Source: Bugula neritina
Taxonomy: Eukaryota > Animalia > Bryozoa
Direction: 5' to 3'
NCBI GenBank assembly: GCA_964035545.1
Contig: OZ037770.1
Location: 8,128,973 to 8,192,972 of the forward strand
DNA: 64,000 nucleotides
The stretch's first letter is position 1, and every line of letters starts with the position of its first letter. Of the stretch, positions 29,001-40,307 are shown piece by piece. Position numbers and translations under genes: made by a program. The notes under the pieces are model-generated. The model made no database searches, had not been told where the DNA came from, and saw only the letters and a list, made by a program, of their open reading frames with translations.

Positions 29001-32000
29001 TTTGTACTACCAGGTGGGGATAACTCTGCTGTTACATTAGTCACAGGGGAAGGAACTACAGAGGAAAGAGCGTACAACACACTAACTACAAGCTACAAAC
29101 ACAGCCCAACAAACACGTTAGAGTAGCAGTTAGAAGAAGCTCAAGTGAACACTATACAAAGCCTAGAAGAGAATTGCAGAGGAAAATACTACCTCAAAGA
29201 AGATGAAATGCTAATTTGTACAATTTCTATGACAACAGCATAGCTTTAAGTAAAATTCTAAAGCAAAGTGAAGTAAAAGGAAAAATTAAACAGCTGTGAG
29301 ATTGACCATTTTGTCAGTCATAAATTAGGAGAGTAAGTTTAATAGCTCAAGTTCTAAAAGTATCTTTTTGCACAGAGTGCAGGTTAAAAACTCCAAAAAT
29401 CACAGTTTACTTTGTTTAAAACATGGCCGTTGTTTTAAGTTGTTCAACCTTTTACCAATATTGGTCACATCAATGACTTTCAACCAATAATTGGGTGACA
29501 ACTAAGCTACCAACCCTTACTAAACTCAGGTGGACAATGAGTGACTTATTACATCATAGCTGTTTTTAATATCTGCTTCAAACTATTTCACTAAAACTAC
29601 TTACTAAAACGTGCAAAGCCAAGGGTTAGGTCAAAGAAGGTTAAAGGACATACCCATAGTTAGCTCAGCACTATTCTCTGGTGTGGAAGATACATTATTA
29701 CTAATTACAGTTACAGTAAATATGTACGTTTCTCCAGGAGTCAAGTTATTTATAGTAACAGAACTACCACTTCCGCGAGGTACATCTTCCACAAAAGGAG
29801 AGGAACATATGGAGTTGCATTTAACTTCTACTCTTACAGAATCCCACACAGTGTTAGGATTAGGATTACTCCATGTTATAATAGCAGTGTTTGTACTACC
29901 AGGTGGGGATAACTCTGCTGTTACATTAGTCACAGGGGAAGGAGCTACAGAGGAAAGAGAATACAACACACCAACTACAAACTACCAACACAGCACTATA
30001 AACATGTTAGAATTTTAGCAGTTAGAAGAAGCTGAAGTGTACATTATATAAAGCCTTGCATAAACTTGCATTCACACTAGTTTATAGTTGCCATTCCTGT
30101 TAGAAAATTTTGATAAAAAGGTTTTTAGTATGTGTACGGCCACACGACGCATTTTACTTGTTCGAGAATATGCGCTAGTGCGTGTGTTGCCAGTGCAAAA
30201 AACTATTACCCATTGATGTTGGCATTAAACTTTACTGCTTGCCTACAGGTGTTTGTTTTTAAAACTACATCATCGGCAAAGTGATTTGGATATTATAAAA
30301 ATGGAAATACAAACTATATAAAACTGCTTTAATTCAGCTTGCTAGAAGTTTAATCACAAATTAGAATAAAAAAGTGTGCTCGCTAAATATTACATGATAA
30401 TGAGCTAATTAGATCAAACACGCACAAGTGTGCCGCTGAGCTCGCTCAGCATGCTAGACGCATGAAAATCCCGCTCATGACGTCCAATTTTTGGGCTAAA
30501 CGTGATTTCTCGCATGCCATGCGCGTGTTAAATGCGTCGTGTGGCCCTACACTAAATCAGGCTATGGACTTATTCAGATCGGGCACAGAAGCAATTATGA
30601 CTGGATGCTCTTCCTTACATCACCAATAGCCTTTGCCGAAGTTCAAACCCATGACTTCGTATTTACTAAGCAAACGTTCTAACCCCTAGACCTTGGCTGC
30701 TACTCAGAATAAGCTTGCACAATAAAATAATATAATCTTAGATGGGCTGAAATACTAGGCTGTAATATTCCCATAAAAACCACATAGTGTTAGACTCTAA
30801 AATAGAGTAAAACAACAGGAAACGTTAAAATTAATTGCGAGCATTTGCCTTATTTTACCATTCAAAAATTTAGCTGCAGTAAAAGAGAAGCTTCAATAGC
30901 CTAAAATCTCTGGCTATCTTTTTGCACAGAGTGCGAGCTAAAATCTCAAAAATCACAGTTTACTTTGTTCAAAACATGAGCTTTGCACAATTTTGCTCAA
31001 TCAGTTACCTACGTAATTTGGTCACACCAGCTCAACCTGTTTTATCAGTTACTGTGAACCAAAGTTAGAATAACTGAAGAGAAAGGAGACAGCAGGGTGA
31101 GATGTAAATACTAATCTTGAAAACACTCAACACATTTTATAAACAGTGAGTGATCTATTGCATGGTATAAATTTCAACTTTCCTTTTTCACCTAATTCAA
31201 GTTCATTGTACACTAAACTAGTATCTAAAAGGGTTAGGTTGAAAGAGTCTAAAGGACATACCCATAGTTAGCTCAGTACTATTCTCTGGTGTGGAAGGTA
31301 CATTATTACTGTTTACAGTTACAGTAAATATGTATGTTTCTCCAGGAGTCAAGTTATTTATAGTAACAGAACTACCACTTCCACGAGGTACATCTTCCAC
31401 AGAAGGAGAAGGAAGGGAACATGTAGAGTTACATTTAACTTCTACTCTTACAGAATCCCACACAGTGCTAGCGTTAGGATTACTCCATGTTATATTAGCA
31501 GTGTTTGTACTATCAGGTGGGGATAACTCTGCTGTTACACTAGTCACAGTGGAAGGAGCTACAGAGGAAAGAGAATACAACACACTAACTACAAACTACC
31601 AACACAGCACTATAAACATGTTAGAATTTTAGCAGTTAGAAGAAGCTCAAGTGAACACTATACAAAGCCTATATATATAAGAGAATTGCACGCAGGAAAA
31701 TACAAGCTCTAATCTAATTAATTAAAATGCTAATTTGTACAATTTCTATGACAACAGCATAGCTTTAAGTAAAACTCTAAAGCAAATTGAAGTAAAAGGA
31801 AAAATTAAAACAGCTGTGAGGTTGACCACTTTGTCATTTATAAATTAGCAGTATCATTTTGCACAGGGGGCAGGTTAAAATCTCCAAGAAACACAGTTTA
31901 CTTTGTTGAAAACATGGCCTTCGTTCTTTAAGTTGTTCAATCTTTTACCAATATTAGTCACATCAATGACTTTCAACCAATAGTTATGAGACTAAGGAAA

Positions 32001-35000
32001 ATGGAAACAACTAAGCTTCCAACCCTTACTACACTCAGGTGGACAATGAGTGACTTATTACATGATGGCTGTTTTAAATATTTGCTTCAAACTAATTCAC
32101 TAAAACTGCTTACTAAAACTTGCAAAGATAAGGGTTAGGTCAAAGAAGGTTATAGAACATACCCATAGTTAGCTCAGCACTATTCTCTGGTGTGGAAGGT
32201 ACATTATTACTGATTACAGTTACAGTAAATATGTACGTTTCTCCAGGAGTCAACTTATTTATAGTAACAGAACTACCACTTCCACGAGGTACATCTTCCA
32301 CAGAAGGAGAAGGAGGGGAACATGGAGAGCTACATTTAACTTCTATTCTTACAAAATCCCACACAGTGCTAGGATTACTCCATGTTATAATAGCAGTGTT
32401 TGTACTACCAGGTGGGGATAACTCTGCTGTTACATTAGTCACAGGGGAAGGAGCTACAGAGGAAAAAGAACTTTTAACATGAATATAAGATTCAAAAGCT
32501 ACATTTGCAATAAACTATAATATTCAGTTGTAATATCATCTTATAGAGTAAAACAAAATGCTGTTTATTACGCAGTAGAAGTTACCCAATTTAACTGTGT
32601 CAAACTCCACCCATCCACTCTGTACAGAGTGAGAAGCAGTGTTCACATAAGCTTGTATAGACACAGTATAGTCCTGTCCTGGAGTAGCACTTTGCAGAGT
32701 GTAAGTTCTCACTGTCTTATCTGGAATATCTAAAGGGGAGCTCCTATCACCACACAACCCTGTATAATATGGAAATAGAGCTAAAAATGTAATACATCGC
32801 TAAACAGACACATTCGGCATGCAATGAAGAGAAACATGCATAGAAGATTAGGAGTTGTATTATCTGGCAACAGAAGTTGAATTTCTATATAATATACAAA
32901 GATAAACCCCAGAATAAAACTAAAATCTTATCTAAAATCGCACAAAATACTGGATGTGATGATTGAATGCTGATTCTACATAGGAAATAACTGGCCTAAG
33001 TTAAAGTGTTATTAACACAAGCAGGTAGAGTAATCTAGTAATAAACTAGTGATGTCATATCCTGTATATATGAACACTACCCTAGACACTGATCATTGGT
33101 CATAACATTCACTCGGTTTAAATACAAATCAAGAAATTATTTTCAATGCTATTTATATGTTTAAGTCAATATTCAGGACTCGCATTGTTTATATTATTGC
33201 AGAAAATAAACTAGGCACCCTTTCCCTTTTTTATTTATCATATGCTATACATGCGATTTTATAAATAATCACATTTTACTATTTTGCCAACTTTTGGAAA
33301 GATGGATTACTTTTTAAGTTTCAGTTTGGTTGGGACTCAACTTGAACAATAAAATTCCCTAGATTTAAATAGGAAAAACTAAATCTAGAGGAATCACTTT
33401 TGATAGCTTCAATCACTTGCTATAAATATAATATTAGTTGTCAGTTCAGTATTGAGTAATGAATGTGGGTGTTTTAAAATATGTGGGTATTGAGATTACA
33501 AACAAATTCTTATTTTATTAGACTATATCGCTATTTTATTTTATTTAATTATAAAAATATATATACTTTTTATTTAAAATTCTCCCTGCTACTTACACTT
33601 TAATTAAGAATATTTTATCAGGTAAAGAGGCTGGCACTAAGACCTTAATAAACCCACTAAAAAGTGAGTAACTTAACAAAGAAGCAGATGGAGAGTTATC
33701 TTCCCTACACAAGCATCTCTCAAGTGTTACAACTATGCCAACTAAATACTTTACTTATCAGAGAACCAATATCACTGCATTTCGATTACTTCAATTGGAT
33801 CCATACAAATGCTACCATGGCTGGAGTTGTGGTTGCATTTTGCAATAACTTATGGTTTTGGTTTCATTAGATACAACTGTTCCCAAATATTAAATGAAAA
33901 ATCCATTGGAATAATAGAGAGAGATGCAATAGGAAAGCAGTTTATATGTAGTCTGCAGTGTTTATATACAGTAAAATAATAATAATAATTAGTATCATTG
34001 GCAAGTTGCATGCAAAGCTTACTTGAGGTCACTTCTCATTAGCCCAAGTTTCTAGCATTATTTTGAGTACTAAACTAATGGACAAGAGAATATACAAATT
34101 TTCATTTAGCCTAGGGCCACACTGTGCGTATTTTCGCATATTGCGAAAATTAAAATCACAAGTAGCAAAGGTGTCCACTGTAGCGTCAGTGATGAGTGAT
34201 AAATAAAGCTTTCATTTTTAAATCGCACTCGCTTTCAATAAAACGCAATTTACTGGAATATAGCACTAAATAAAGAAATTGGGCTCGCTGAATAGCTACC
34301 AGCCAATTAGGTGACGACGACAGAGACGATTCGCACTTGCGTTGAAAATGCAGAGCGACAAGTGCGAAGGTTTTCTCAACGCGCACAGTGGACACCTTTG
34401 CTACTTGTGATTTCAATTTTCGCATGCGAAAATACGCACCGTGTGGCCCTAGGCTTACTAAACCACTGATAGATAGTATGAACCACTTCCTAGTTATCAA
34501 CCTCTGATGAAAGTGTAGACAATAAATAATCTTACCTACAGCTGGGATACAGCTCAACCTGAATCCACTGACAACATGTGTATCGTTATATGTCCATTCT
34601 AGATTGATGTTTGTACCTGAGGGGTTTGCTCCAGTTGGAACTACATCTGATGGAACTATTAGAGCAGGGAAAATAAAAACATATTATAAATTTATAAGAT
34701 ATATTTTTCTCTTATAAATCCTTAAATGGAACATTACAATGTACTATTTGGTAATATAAAAAGCTCCATATTTACATATTTACATATAGTATTAGTATAA
34801 CTATAATTTGTGATAAATAAAACAGAAAAAGGTGCATACCCATAGCTAGCTCAGCACTATTCTTTGGTGTGGAAGGTACATTATTACTGATTACAGTTAC
34901 AGTAAATGCGTATGTTTCTCCAGGAGTCAAGTTATTTATAGTAACAGAACTACCACTTCCGCGAGGTACATCTTCCACAGAAGGAGGGGAACATGGAGAG

Positions 35001-37779
35001 TTACATTTAACTTCCACTCTTACAGAATCCCACACAGTGTTAGGATTACTCCATGTTATAATAGCAGTGTTTGTACTACCAGGTGGGGATAACTCTGCTG
35101 TTACACTAGTCACAGGGGAAGGAGCTACAGAGGAAATGGATAACACATTGTAACACATAGGAATACAAACACCACAGAAGAGGTGCACACCAGTTAGAAA
35201 ATCATTATATGATTATAAAGAAGCATGTAATAATGTTTTGGGTGCCTCACAATTACAAAGAAAGAAACTGATAATATATGACTTTGAACTGTTTAGGTGA
35301 AGTTATCTTCTTTATCTGCTACATACAACATTTAATGTAACAACAAGACTATCACTTGTTATCAAGTTAAAGCCAGATAGGGTGGTGGTAAAGATTAGAT
35401 AAATAAAAGTGACTTAGCTTTATGTAGCTGACATATGGTCGGATGAAGAAATATTCCACAAGAGGAGATAATTTCAGTTTTCCGACTCATATTAGCAACA
35501 GTTATAAAAATTATTATTAAGTTTTACACCACAACATAAAGCAATGTGCAACTGTAAATACCAGAGAAGTGTAAATTAAACAAACCACAATCAAGGCAGG
35601 AATTGATGCAATGTCTAAGAAAGTCAACAGATGTGTTTAAACAAACTTTAATTGCTTTAGTGATATATTGTATGCCATTAAAATGAGCAGAAGTTTACCA
35701 AGTGTAACAAGTATGCAAAAAGGAAACAACACCGAAACGGAATTCAAGCAGTACCAGTGAAGCAGCAACGCTGTAGCGGTTGCTTATAAGTTGTGTACAT
35801 CAAGTTTATATTCATGAGAAAAAAATTTCAAACCTAATATTTTGCTGACGAATGAGTAAGGTGTCCTCCGTATGACGCATGCGCTACGTTGTTATTAATA
35901 ACATACAGTTATGTTGGTATCATGTAACACACCTGCAGTGAATGTCACACTATTACTTTCCACACCATCATCTCCTAAGGTAGAGTCCATATAGTTGAAT
36001 GACAGAACCCTGACAGTGTACTCAGCTCCAGGTATGGGCAGGGAGATAGTTTGAGGAGAAGTCTGAGTTCTTGTATCAAGACTGTTTTTATACATAGCTG
36101 AGGTTCCATTGCTATACTGAACCTGTAAGAAGGGGGGGGGGGTCATATACTCTGATATAAAAACATTAGGAGAACACTGTGCAGTTTGAAAGCCAAAAAT
36201 ATTTTCAGCTGGTTAATTTTTCTACCCATCAATATAAATATCTTAAAAGAGAAGCATGTGTTAGACATAATCTCTGTACACATGGCCATACCATGTAGAC
36301 ATGGAGTTGTGTTACTCACCATGTAGTAAACATTTGCTTCTGTAGTCCAAGATACAGTGATGGAGTCTGTTTGTGGGTTTGAGACACTTACACCAGTTGC
36401 AGCATCTACAAACAGAATAACTCTACTATAAAGCTACAACTTTGCTAACCAATATGTTGGTGTGTTATGTACTCGTAACAGTATGACTGCATGTGTACTT
36501 GTAACAGTATGAGTGCATGTGTACTTGTAACAGTATGAGTACATGTTTACTTATAACAGTATGAGTACATGTGTACTTGTAACAGTATAAGTGCATGTGT
36601 ACTTGTAACAGTATGAGTACATGTGTACTTATAACAGTATGAGTACATGTGTACTTGTAACAGTATAAGTGCATGTGTACTAGTATCAGTATGATTACAT
36701 GTGTACTTGTAACAGTATAAGTGCACGTGTACTTGTAACAGTATGAGTACATGTGTACTTGTAACAGTATGAGTACATGTGTACTTGTAACGGTATGAGT
36801 ACATGTGTACTTGTAACAGTATGAGTACATGTGTACTTGTAACAGTATGAGTACATGTGTACTTGTAACAGTATGAGCACATGAGTGTATACTGTAGGCT
36901 ACTGTACTATACACACAACATACTATACTACACTATACAATACAGTATATGCGATACTATACTTTACTGTACTACACTGTACTGTGCTATACCATATAAA
37001 GTTATGGCCTTGAAACTTACAAGTGTGGACTTGTTTTCATATAGATATAATACCATTCCTAACTGCATTATACTCTATCATAATATATTACATGTATGCC
37101 ATATCACAATATATTGGCTTAGCTACAAAAATACAGGTTACACTTATTTACATTGGAATACTCACTAGGTGGTGCCAAGGTAGTAGTAGTGGTGGTTGCA
37201 TGCGTGGAAGATGAATAGCTCAGAGTCACACACAGAGCCATCTGTAAAAATACATGTTCTACATACTTATATATTCATACAATATGTTTCACTACATCTA
37301 AAAGGGGAAAACTAAGAAGAAGCATGTTAAGATAACTCTGAATAACATTCTATAACTCCTTTCATCAAATAGCACTTTACAAAAGATATCAAAGTCTAAA
37401 GTGCTACTAGTTAAATATATGATAGTTATAGTCATATAATTGTATATGTCGACATGTGTATAGGAAATGCAGAAAATTCAAACCCTGAATTCAAATAGCT
37501 TTTTTAGAGATGATAGCCACATTCAACCCAGAAATGTCCTAATGCAGACAAACTGTAAACAATAACACATTATGGAAACTATGCTTAAAAATTGTGCGAT
37601 ACCCATCACTGGTGTGATCTATAAAGAATACTCATATTAGTTACTAACATCCAAAATTACATGCTGGTTTCAAGTTTTACTAAAACTAACTTTGCTAAAA
37701 AAACAACCCAGTATTACCATACCACAAGTGTGATGAGAGACTTTGATATCTCCATGTTAAACAGTCCTGTGTTATTCAT
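11027..37779 (-). CDS. Receptor-type protein tyrosine phosphatase-like gene A (signal peptide, ~15 FN3, juxtamembrane CNGPL domain, TM, single PTP domain, Tyr-rich tail); ~2114 aa with all exons
   Basis: Phase-consistent exons (GT-AG except where noted): 37779-37723, 37241-37166, 36405-36320, 36122-35933, 35124-34840, 34655-34536, 32759-32586, 32453-32163, 31558-31262, 29944-29654, [29055-28771 dead donor], 26023-25727, 25129-24839, 24258-24139, 23756-23583, 23453-23335, 23155-22996, 21960-21826, 21677-21516, 21306-21131, 21050-20837, 20077-19920, 19416-19293, 18991-18810, 18714-18561, 18301-18116, 17768-17633, 16652-16548, 16437-16267 (TM), 15964-15850, 15632-15542, 14773-14703, 14450-14321, 13848-13718, 13428-13277, 12037-11902, 11329-11027; total 6345 nt; motifs [40 protein letters not shown]. 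Confidence 0.9.
12090..13286 (-). repeat. 34-bp minisatellite (~35 units) made of exon end + 5' splice site
   Basis: Minus unit GTAACACTTTATCTGTTATACTTTTACACTGCAG; begins at the real donor (13276). Confidence 0.96.
13872..14335 (-). repeat. 26-bp minisatellite (~17 units) made of exon end + 5' splice site
   Basis: Minus unit GTAAGTATATTAACTTATAGAGAGAG; begins at the real donor (14320). Confidence 0.95.
16267..16437 (-). CDS. Gene A transmembrane exon
   Basis: ...[33 protein letters not shown]; paralogous exon at 53769-53939. Confidence 0.9.
16672..16875. repeat. 18-bp intronic minisatellite (CAGTAACTCACTAACTAY); paralogous array at 54172-54325
   Basis: Direct reading; abuts acceptor at 16653. 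Confidence 0.9.
20109..20592. repeat. 16-bp intronic minisatellite (GTGTATGTGTCAACYA, ~30 units; ~3 units in gene B at 57515-57568)
   Basis: Direct reading; abuts acceptor at 20078. Confidence 0.95.
28771..29055 (-). pseudogene. FN3 type A exon copy with mutated 5' splice site (GT>TT); probable pseudo-exon
   Basis: Sister exons end ATG G|gtatg; this copy reads ACT ATG G|ttatgt (position 28770). Confidence 0.7.
30132..30552. mobile_element. MITE, probably PIF/Harbinger-type
   Basis: TIR GTGTA(C/G)GGCCACACGACGCATTT at both ends; flanks TAT / TAA (imperfect 3-bp TSD). Confidence 0.75.
30590..30700 (-). mobile_element. Degenerate tRNA-derived SINE fragment
   Basis: Minus: A-box-like AGGTCTAGGGG, B-box-like GGTTTGAAC, then GGAAGAGCATCCAG body. 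Confidence 0.45.
34109..34454. mobile_element. PIF/Harbinger-type MITE
   Basis: ~70-bp imperfect TIRs starting GCCTAGGGCCACAC; TTA target duplication at 34106-34108 and 34455-34457. Confidence 0.88.
36465..36885. repeat. 26-bp intronic minisatellite (GTATGAGTACATGTGTACTTGTAACA, ~16 units)
   Basis: Direct reading; explains the spurious ORFs at 36465-36914. Confidence 0.95.
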
Positions 37780-37806
37780 ACTAGTACTTCACCATAGTCA
37801 GTCACT
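37723..37806 (-). CDS. Gene A start-codon exon, proximal copy (N-half of signal peptide)
   Basis: Acceptor ttgacatttctattctttag, donor GTG|gtatgg; [19 protein letters not shown] joins in phase 0 to [11 protein letters not shown] (37241), giving a hydrophobic signal peptide. Confidence 0.75.
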
Positions 37807-38490
37807 CTAAAGAATAGAAATGTCAACACTCAATGGACAACTTCAGTTTTAGGCACCCTGGCTATACACCTGCTGAGCAGCAGACAGACACATGGGTTAC
37901 AGTACACCTGTCTTAGCAAGGCACACAACCTAGTTCTCCAAGCCATTGATCCTTTGAATGTAAGAGTTGTATAGGTATAAAAACCTTCCATTGTGAGCAG
38001 TTCAAAAGTAGTTGAAAAGGTTTTAAACAAGGCTGTATTGCTGAGATAAAAGATGTTCATAGCTCTACATTTGTGTTTCTACTATTCAATGACTATCAAT
38101 GTAATAGATTGCAGTTTAAACACACAGTATCTTCACACTCAGCTATGACAGGCCTATATATTCAGTTTAACAGAGTACAGCCTGTGAAATATAAAACAAA
38201 CTAGCTAATTTTGACAAAATCATAAATTTCCAAATTCAATTCCTAGGAAAGCATAGAAGCTTTACTTTTCTGATGCATTTCAGCTGCACATCTGGTAAAA
38301 TTATACAGTAGCTTCAGTATCTATTATTCATGAGTGGAGTTAGGTGGAGGGTTGACATAACATCACCTTAAAATCACTACTTCTCCTTATAACTAAATGA
38401 GGAGATACTAAATGGGTTGACAACACCACACATACATCTGGTGACTATATCTGACCATCAACTCTAGAATACAGTATAATATCACCATAC

Positions 38491-38576
38491 CACAAGTGTG
38501 ATGAGAGACTTTGATATCTCCATGTTAAACAGTCCTGTGTTATTCATAAGCTAGTACTTCACCATAGTCAGTCACT
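38491..38576 (-). CDS. Gene A start-codon exon, distal duplicate
   Basis: Part of a ~118-bp direct repeat (37716-37832 vs 38484-38602) differing by a 2-nt indel in the 5' UTR part; both splice sites intact. Confidence 0.7.
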
Positions 38577-38632
38577 CTAAAGAATAGAAATGTCAACACT
38601 CAGTGTTATCTTTATTTTCAACATTTACTCAC

Positions 38633-38710
38633 TCTCCCAACAAGAAGGAAGTTGCTGTTTAGCAGCTTAGCCACTAGCTGAATATCAGCCAATCACATCT
38701 TATCACTTAA
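38633..38710 (-). promoter_or_regulatory. Candidate non-coding first exon and core promoter of gene A
   Basis: Donor GA|gtgagt at 38632, 56 nt upstream of the distal start exon's acceptor; adjacent CCAAT and GATA (CTTATCA) motifs at ~38688-38705; no transcript evidence. Confidence 0.35.
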
Positions 38711-38759
38711 AATGAAAGATGCAATATGCAAACAAATGCCTATATAGTACAGTTACATC

Positions 38760-38994
38760 ATGTATGACTTCTGTAATATTTGTGACCTCAGGTGTATGAC
38801 TTGTTATATTTGTGACCTCAGGTATATGACTTATCATATTTGTGACCTCAGGTATATGACTTATCATATTTGTGACCTCAGGTATATGACTTATTATATT
38901 TGTGACCTCAGGTATATGACTTATCATATTTGTGACCTCAGGTATATGACTTGTTATATTTGTGACCTCAGGTATATGACTTATTATATTTGTG
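38760..38994. repeat. 30-bp minisatellite (~7.5 units)
   Basis: Plus unit GTATATGACTTATCATATTTGTGACCTCAG. Confidence 0.95.
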
Positions 38995-40307
38995 TGGAAT
39001 GTGAAACTGAATGTTGAAAGTAAAATAGAACAACTCGTCATTGTAGAAAATATTTTGAAACTTTTGTTCTATTCTTGTACTTAGTGATCTCTTAATGTAG
39101 TAATAAATAGCTTATATGTTAAATGTTTGCACTGTTTACTGCCCACTTTAGAAGAGACATCAAAATCATTACATATATGTGTATTTACAGCTTCTCGGTA
39201 GTTCTTGAATTGGATTTATTGTCTCTTGCTTTTCTGTAGACGCCATGGGAAAATTGCAGAAATCAATAAATAGATTACTTAAACTATGGTCACATAAACC
39301 CTGGTTTCAGCAATTGTACTATAAACTTATCCTAAAACACTGACCAGCTTAAATGATATTTAATAATAGTTTATAAAAATCTGATCCAAATGAAAAACAT
39401 GAATTTGTGTTTTATAAGAAACTATTCAATTGGCACCAAGAGCAACTTAAAATATTTTGACTGTCATCAGCTTAAGCATGAATTCGTCAGTAGAGTCAGT
39501 CAAGTCAGTAGATGAACCTCACAACAACCCTAAGTATGGCCATGGCTTGTCTAGTTGTAATTATGTCACAAACCAAGCTTTTCGGCCATGTAGTAGGTAT
39601 CGTTTATTTTTTATTTGAGTCAATCATTTTTAAAAGAATCCATAACAGAGTTTCAACACAATTATATTTGCTGCTTTGACCCCTTAAAAACATTCAATTC
39701 CATGCTTAGCAGTCGTAGCTTACGAGGTACGTGTAATATAAAAAATAACGGTTGAAATCCTTACATATAGATGTTGGTGAAGACTCAAGTTGAACAATCA
39801 AAAGTTCTAGAACACTTATAGAAAAGCAGCAATAGTTTGAGGAGTTGATTTACATACAAGTTTCTCATTATTATTCCAAATAAAACAATAGTTTAAAATC
39901 TAGAACAGTGATGAAGGCTAACAGAAAATTTCATGTTTACATTCAACAGAAATTAGATACTTAAAATATGCACACATTCTATATAAAAATTTGAAAAGTT
40001 TAGTATAACATATTAAATTAGTTATAGTTGTTGAATGTGTTGCCATTGTATTTAGTATCTATTATGAAATACGTTATTGATTGCTGATTTAACTTATCGA
40101 GCAAACTGACTGACTGATTTAATTATTTGATAATAAAATGTTTATTAGAATGAAAAACAGCGTGATGGTTTTGTATAATATAAAACGGAAGAGAGAGTAA
40201 ACAAGTATACAGCGATTCTAGTAAAGCAATTAGTTAGCATATTGTCACGTGATTGTCATGAATGTGATTAGCGATAGGATCGCATGATTGTTTCTCAACA
40301 CGCCCCC

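Larger units (their letters stand above)
24839..35124 (-). repeat. Array of seven near-identical single-exon FN3 modules (type A) in gene A
   Basis: Exons 24839-25129, 25727-26023, 28771-29055, 29654-29944, 31262-31558, 32163-32453, 34840-35124; all phase 1-1; 285/291/297 nt; flanking introns also duplicated (25130-25440 ~ 26024-26335; 28380-29630 ~ 30890-32160). Confidence 0.95.

Noticed and set aside
24822-32163. Short in-frame read-through tails after each FN3-A donor as designed secreted isoforms
   Set aside because: Early stops are expected in AT-rich introns; no poly(A) evidence
24817-35153. Repeated plus-strand ORFs ([15 protein letters not shown]...)
   Set aside because: Antisense shadows of the FN3 exons; no splice or domain support
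37021-37122. AG...GTAAG-bounded candidate exon
   Set aside because: Stops in all three frames; flanking exons join in phase without it
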